From the NCBI GenBank assembly GCA_963677495.2, contig CAXXOU010000002.1, forward strand, positions 160,001-224,000: a stretch of 64,000 nucleotides of DNA, given 5' to 3'. Positions 61,701 to 64,000 of the stretch are shown in pieces (within the stretch, counting starts at the first letter, position 1; each line of letters opens with the position of its first letter). Below the pieces are notes generated by a model that saw only the letters and a program-made list of their open reading frames with translations, was not told the origin of the DNA and did no database searches. Source of the stretch: Candidatus Cloacimonadales bacterium (GTDB lineage Bacteria > Cloacimonadota > Cloacimonadia > Cloacimonadales > JAFGVF01). The position numbers and the translations under genes are program-made.

Positions 61701-62019
61701 TATTGAAGAGCTGGAACAGATAGCTAAAGCACTAAAAGCTAATAGACTAAATCCTGACTTGCTTAAGAAGCAGGAAAGAATAATGTCCCGTATGTTGGAT
61801 ATCCAGAAGTCGATTAACAAGCGTGAATTCAGTCGAAAGCGTAAGGCTGAGAATTCAGAATTTGATGACTGGGATACTCCTGAAGAGATAAAGCTGAAGT
61901 TTAAAGAACTACAAAACAAAGCGATGCTAAAGAAAGATTATAAAGAGTTTCCTCCTGAGTATAGAGAGCTCATAAAAGAATACTTAAAACTACTAAATGA
62001 GAAGCTTAATGAAGAATAG
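58777..62019 (+). CDS. DUF4175-like membrane-anchored coiled-coil protein
   Basis: N-terminal TM helices, YPEYTG, SDDFGL, long Q/E/M-rich coiled coil, FPPEYRELIKEYL. ORF opens at 58765. Confidence 0.85.
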   Translation: MHEFLEVIRKFRKRYNTLIGFRYSILALLSLLWAFLLFFILYGLVRAGGFPMFYFGLTLRITAALFLLYLFYAGKNKLLDDVKSARFLDRLNNDKTETYQNALELLNDKQDYDENILKLIFENANHKSQKQEEHKLDLLNPLQKQISIYGFIGATIILLVNLNFIPTAWSAFYTDKLIKEQHSKVIELSPGNAKLPRHSNLDVEILNPELGSDYKFMYRLDKEWRQVEMDQFRYRYNNLEHSIEYMVKSKYAVSDTFRVELIEKPGVKGLEVKYFYPEYTGQEPFVDSLSTGRIKAIENSKIKLTAEVISPLKQALMVFSSGDSKVMQASDSLNYTTTFTITENDSWHLNLGDYIGQETIDVEREIIILPDEKPSIEISYPVADTTLNQTMLQLLRIVASDDFGLQNLVVHFRIEDREVISRSVVKQIRGALWENDYVLDLTGLDLFPGNRVEYWLTIQDNKPSPQESESEHRFLRLPSIEEIYREIESTEREKKEDLEDVLQKSKEMTEEFEEARRELLKKEELEWDDKQQLEKFMEERKDIKQDVEKVADQYQDLIDKIQDNEALASETVEKMEKIQQLMQELDSTQMQEAMQKMQDAMENMDPDVLKKAMKDFKFSMDDFNEKLEMTIELLESIKKEQQLQKALDIAEQMEDLQKQIEEKTKDNSSDPQQLAEEQKKLQEQLENLKKELEKLQDMLGGEKDKELSEQLKELQEMKEMQELMHDMQESQEQLQQNNRQSAQDSQQSASQKLQKMRKMLQDMKSQMSSGGAGEMSEALGVCLRKILFFSDMHEQQVEIFGDDAFQILQAELAIFEGIGMAVNEMFKAPMLSMFITPKFFYDMNFLEQSYREMFKEISENRHHVVKNYLSDITKGINLIAYDLMLTQNSSSSSGGSGMESLMQMMQQMGQQQMAMNMLTQQLMQQLQQGNRGMSSEMRQQIQRLASEEQRLADNLKRALQNNPAAQQQTGAIQKLIEELEQIAKALKANRLNPDLLKKQERIMSRMLDIQKSINKREFSRKRKAENSEFDDWDTPEEIKLKFKELQNKAMLKKDYKEFPPEYRELIKEYLKLLNEKLNEE

Positions 62020-63736
62020 ATTAATAATAATAGTTATCATTGTCTTTTCCTGTTTCTTGCTCTACTCGCAAGAGTATGATGAAGTGAAAGTGTTAAAGCA
62101 ACAAGCAACAAAGTACGTCAGATCAAAACAATTTAAAAAAGCTGAATCTATCTGGACAGAGCTTATTAAAAAGTATCCCAACAACTCAGAAGTAGTTAAA
62201 GGTGCTTTTAGCTTTTATTTATCACTGAACAAGCGTCTAGAAGCAAAAGAAATTTTGGATAAGTATGGCAAAGCTATGCCAATAAAAGAACTCTACAAGG
62301 CGCGAATTAACTATAACCTGATTGCCGGAAATTTCGATGAAGCAGGTAGAATCACTGACAAGATGCTCACAGATTTCAAGTCAGATATGAACTTATACAG
62401 AGAGCTTTCTAGGTTGTTCTCAGCAAGAAAGCAGTTTGATAAAGCGATTGAGATTATTACGAAAGCCAGAAAAATGGCTAAAGATCCTAATCTGTATGCC
62501 TTAGAAATGGCAAATGCTTATCGTGAATCCAGGCAATTGCCTAAAGCAGTTGTAGAGTATATAAAACTAACGAAGACAAACCCAAATTACTTCTATTCCT
62601 CGAAAAGATATCTCCTTCAGATGGTGAAAGAGGATATCGGTGTTATTGATTCAATGGAAGAAGAGCTAAGGGATGAAACGGATGTAAAGATACTTGAAAT
62701 CTTTGCTACTGCTCTTATGCAAGTTGAGATGTATGAGAAAGCGTTAGATGTATATAAGAAACTAAATCCAACTCGATTACTCTATTTCGCTAATGACCAG
62801 TTCAGAAAAGGAAATGATAGAGTTGCTATTCTTGCATATTCGGAGCTCGATAACATGAAAATCGATGCCAATGTTGCAGCAGATGCAAAGGTGAAACGTG
62901 CTAAGAGTAACCTAAACCTTTTCAATCTCGAAGAAGCGGAAAGACTACTCTTAGAAATAACTCAAGATAAAGAACTGTCTTCTAATCGCTATAAGTTTAG
63001 AGGTCAGGCAAACCGTGAAGCCAGAGAGATACTTGCACTACTTGCACTATACAAGGGTCAAGGTAAAGAACAGGTCTTATCTCATCTGGAAGATGCAAAG
63101 AGCTTTGCACTCAATGGTAAGAACCGAAATAAAGTGGAGCAGAAAATCATATATCACCAGATTCTTTTTGGTGACTTTGAAGATGCTAAGCAAAGGTTGA
63201 ATACACTCTATAAAGCTGTAGAACAAGGTACAGATACTTTCAAAGAGAACTATTTCTACAGTTATCTGATAGCTTTAAGCACGAAAGATCCTTTAGCTGA
63301 CTCGCTACTAACAGAACTACTTGTTCTTACACCTCAGACGAACAATGTGAATGATGCTATATACTTGGCTGATATATCAGGTAAGCTTGCACCAAACGAG
63401 TTTGAAGTATTCATGCAAGCATGGCGTGAGAATGAATTAATGAGACCTGAAGTAGCTGTTAATACATATCAATCTATCAACAAAGATAAGCCTAATGAGG
63501 AAGTGTTGCTCGCAATGGCTAAATGTTACCTGCGCTTCGGGCAGATAGAAGCCGCTAAAGAGATATATGAAAGAGACTTTGAAGATGAAGTTTTAGGGCA
63601 ATATGCACTGCTTCAATTGATTAATCTAAGTAATGATGATCCAATGCTTAGGCAACAGATGATCGTCAATTTCTTAAACAAGAACCCCAATAGTGCTTTT
63701 GCACCAGAATATAGACGAGTATTAAGTGAGAAATAA
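61997..63736 (+). CDS. Exported TPR protein
   Basis: Signal peptide (likely start 62009) and TPR-like helices; ends NPNSAFAPEYR. Confidence 0.85.
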   Translation: MRSLMKNRLIIIVIIVFSCFLLYSQEYDEVKVLKQQATKYVRSKQFKKAESIWTELIKKYPNNSEVVKGAFSFYLSLNKRLEAKEILDKYGKAMPIKELYKARINYNLIAGNFDEAGRITDKMLTDFKSDMNLYRELSRLFSARKQFDKAIEIITKARKMAKDPNLYALEMANAYRESRQLPKAVVEYIKLTKTNPNYFYSSKRYLLQMVKEDIGVIDSMEEELRDETDVKILEIFATALMQVEMYEKALDVYKKLNPTRLLYFANDQFRKGNDRVAILAYSELDNMKIDANVAADAKVKRAKSNLNLFNLEEAERLLLEITQDKELSSNRYKFRGQANREAREILALLALYKGQGKEQVLSHLEDAKSFALNGKNRNKVEQKIIYHQILFGDFEDAKQRLNTLYKAVEQGTDTFKENYFYSYLIALSTKDPLADSLLTELLVLTPQTNNVNDAIYLADISGKLAPNEFEVFMQAWRENELMRPEVAVNTYQSINKDKPNEEVLLAMAKCYLRFGQIEAAKEIYERDFEDEVLGQYALLQLINLSNDDPMLRQQMIVNFLNKNPNSAFAPEYRRVLSEK

Positions 63737-64000
63737 ATGAAAGAGATAAATATCATTGGTGCCGGTTTAGCCGGTTCAGAACTGGCTCTGCAGTTCGCAG
63801 ATGCAGGATGGAAAGTAAAGCTATATGAGATGAGACCGATTAAAACAACAGAAGCTCATGAGACAGATTTGTTTGCGGAAGTTGTGTGCTCTAACTCTTT
63901 CAAGTCTATGCTGTTTGATACAGCTTCCGGTTTACTTAAAGCTGAGATGCAGGAGTTAGGATGTAAACTCATTGATATTGCGAAAGAGACTTCTGTTCCT
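63737..64000 (+). CDS. trmFO: Folate/FAD-dependent tRNA (uracil-54) methyltransferase TrmFO (partial)
   Basis: [19 protein letters not shown]...YEMRP...AH...[10 protein letters not shown]...GLLKAEM; runs off the window end. Confidence 0.95.
   Translation, partial: MKEINIIGAGLAGSELALQFADAGWKVKLYEMRPIKTTEAHETDLFAEVVCSNSFKSMLFDTASGLLKAEMQELGCKLIDIAKETSVP

Overview
A 64-kb AT-rich chromosomal window from an anaerobic, diderm bacterium. Gene content and style suggest Candidatus Cloacimonadota or another FCB-group lineage, which is inference only. The coding part is mostly housekeeping and envelope or signalling genes: [FeFe]-hydrogenase maturases (TM1266-like regulator, hydG, hydE), hflX, purA, partial trmFO, tRNA-Phe(GAA), EndoQ and PHP proteins, MscS, Fe-ADH, a tricorn-like protease, two histidine kinases, two giant STAND-TPR-GAF signalling proteins (one a Ser/Thr kinase-His kinase hybrid), TPR proteins and beta-barrels. 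No transposase, integrase, CRISPR array, RT or phage gene was recognised. The unusual signal is non-coding. (1) A head-to-tail array of a 194-bp multi-hairpin element (22182-23791, plus a solo copy at 24826-25047) whose two ends are compensatorily covarying GTA(G/C)-hairpin REP-like modules. (2) Fold-back elements whose cores are short motifs at an exact 11-bp pitch that flip orientation at the centre, with different core motifs at different loci. (3) Several other dispersed palindromic repeat families that stack, and sometimes nest, in intergenic regions. (4) An unassigned attenuator-like leader in front of the hydrogenase-maturation operon. A cluster of single-base homopolymer frameshifts at 15.7-21.3 kb looks like long-read error rather than biology.
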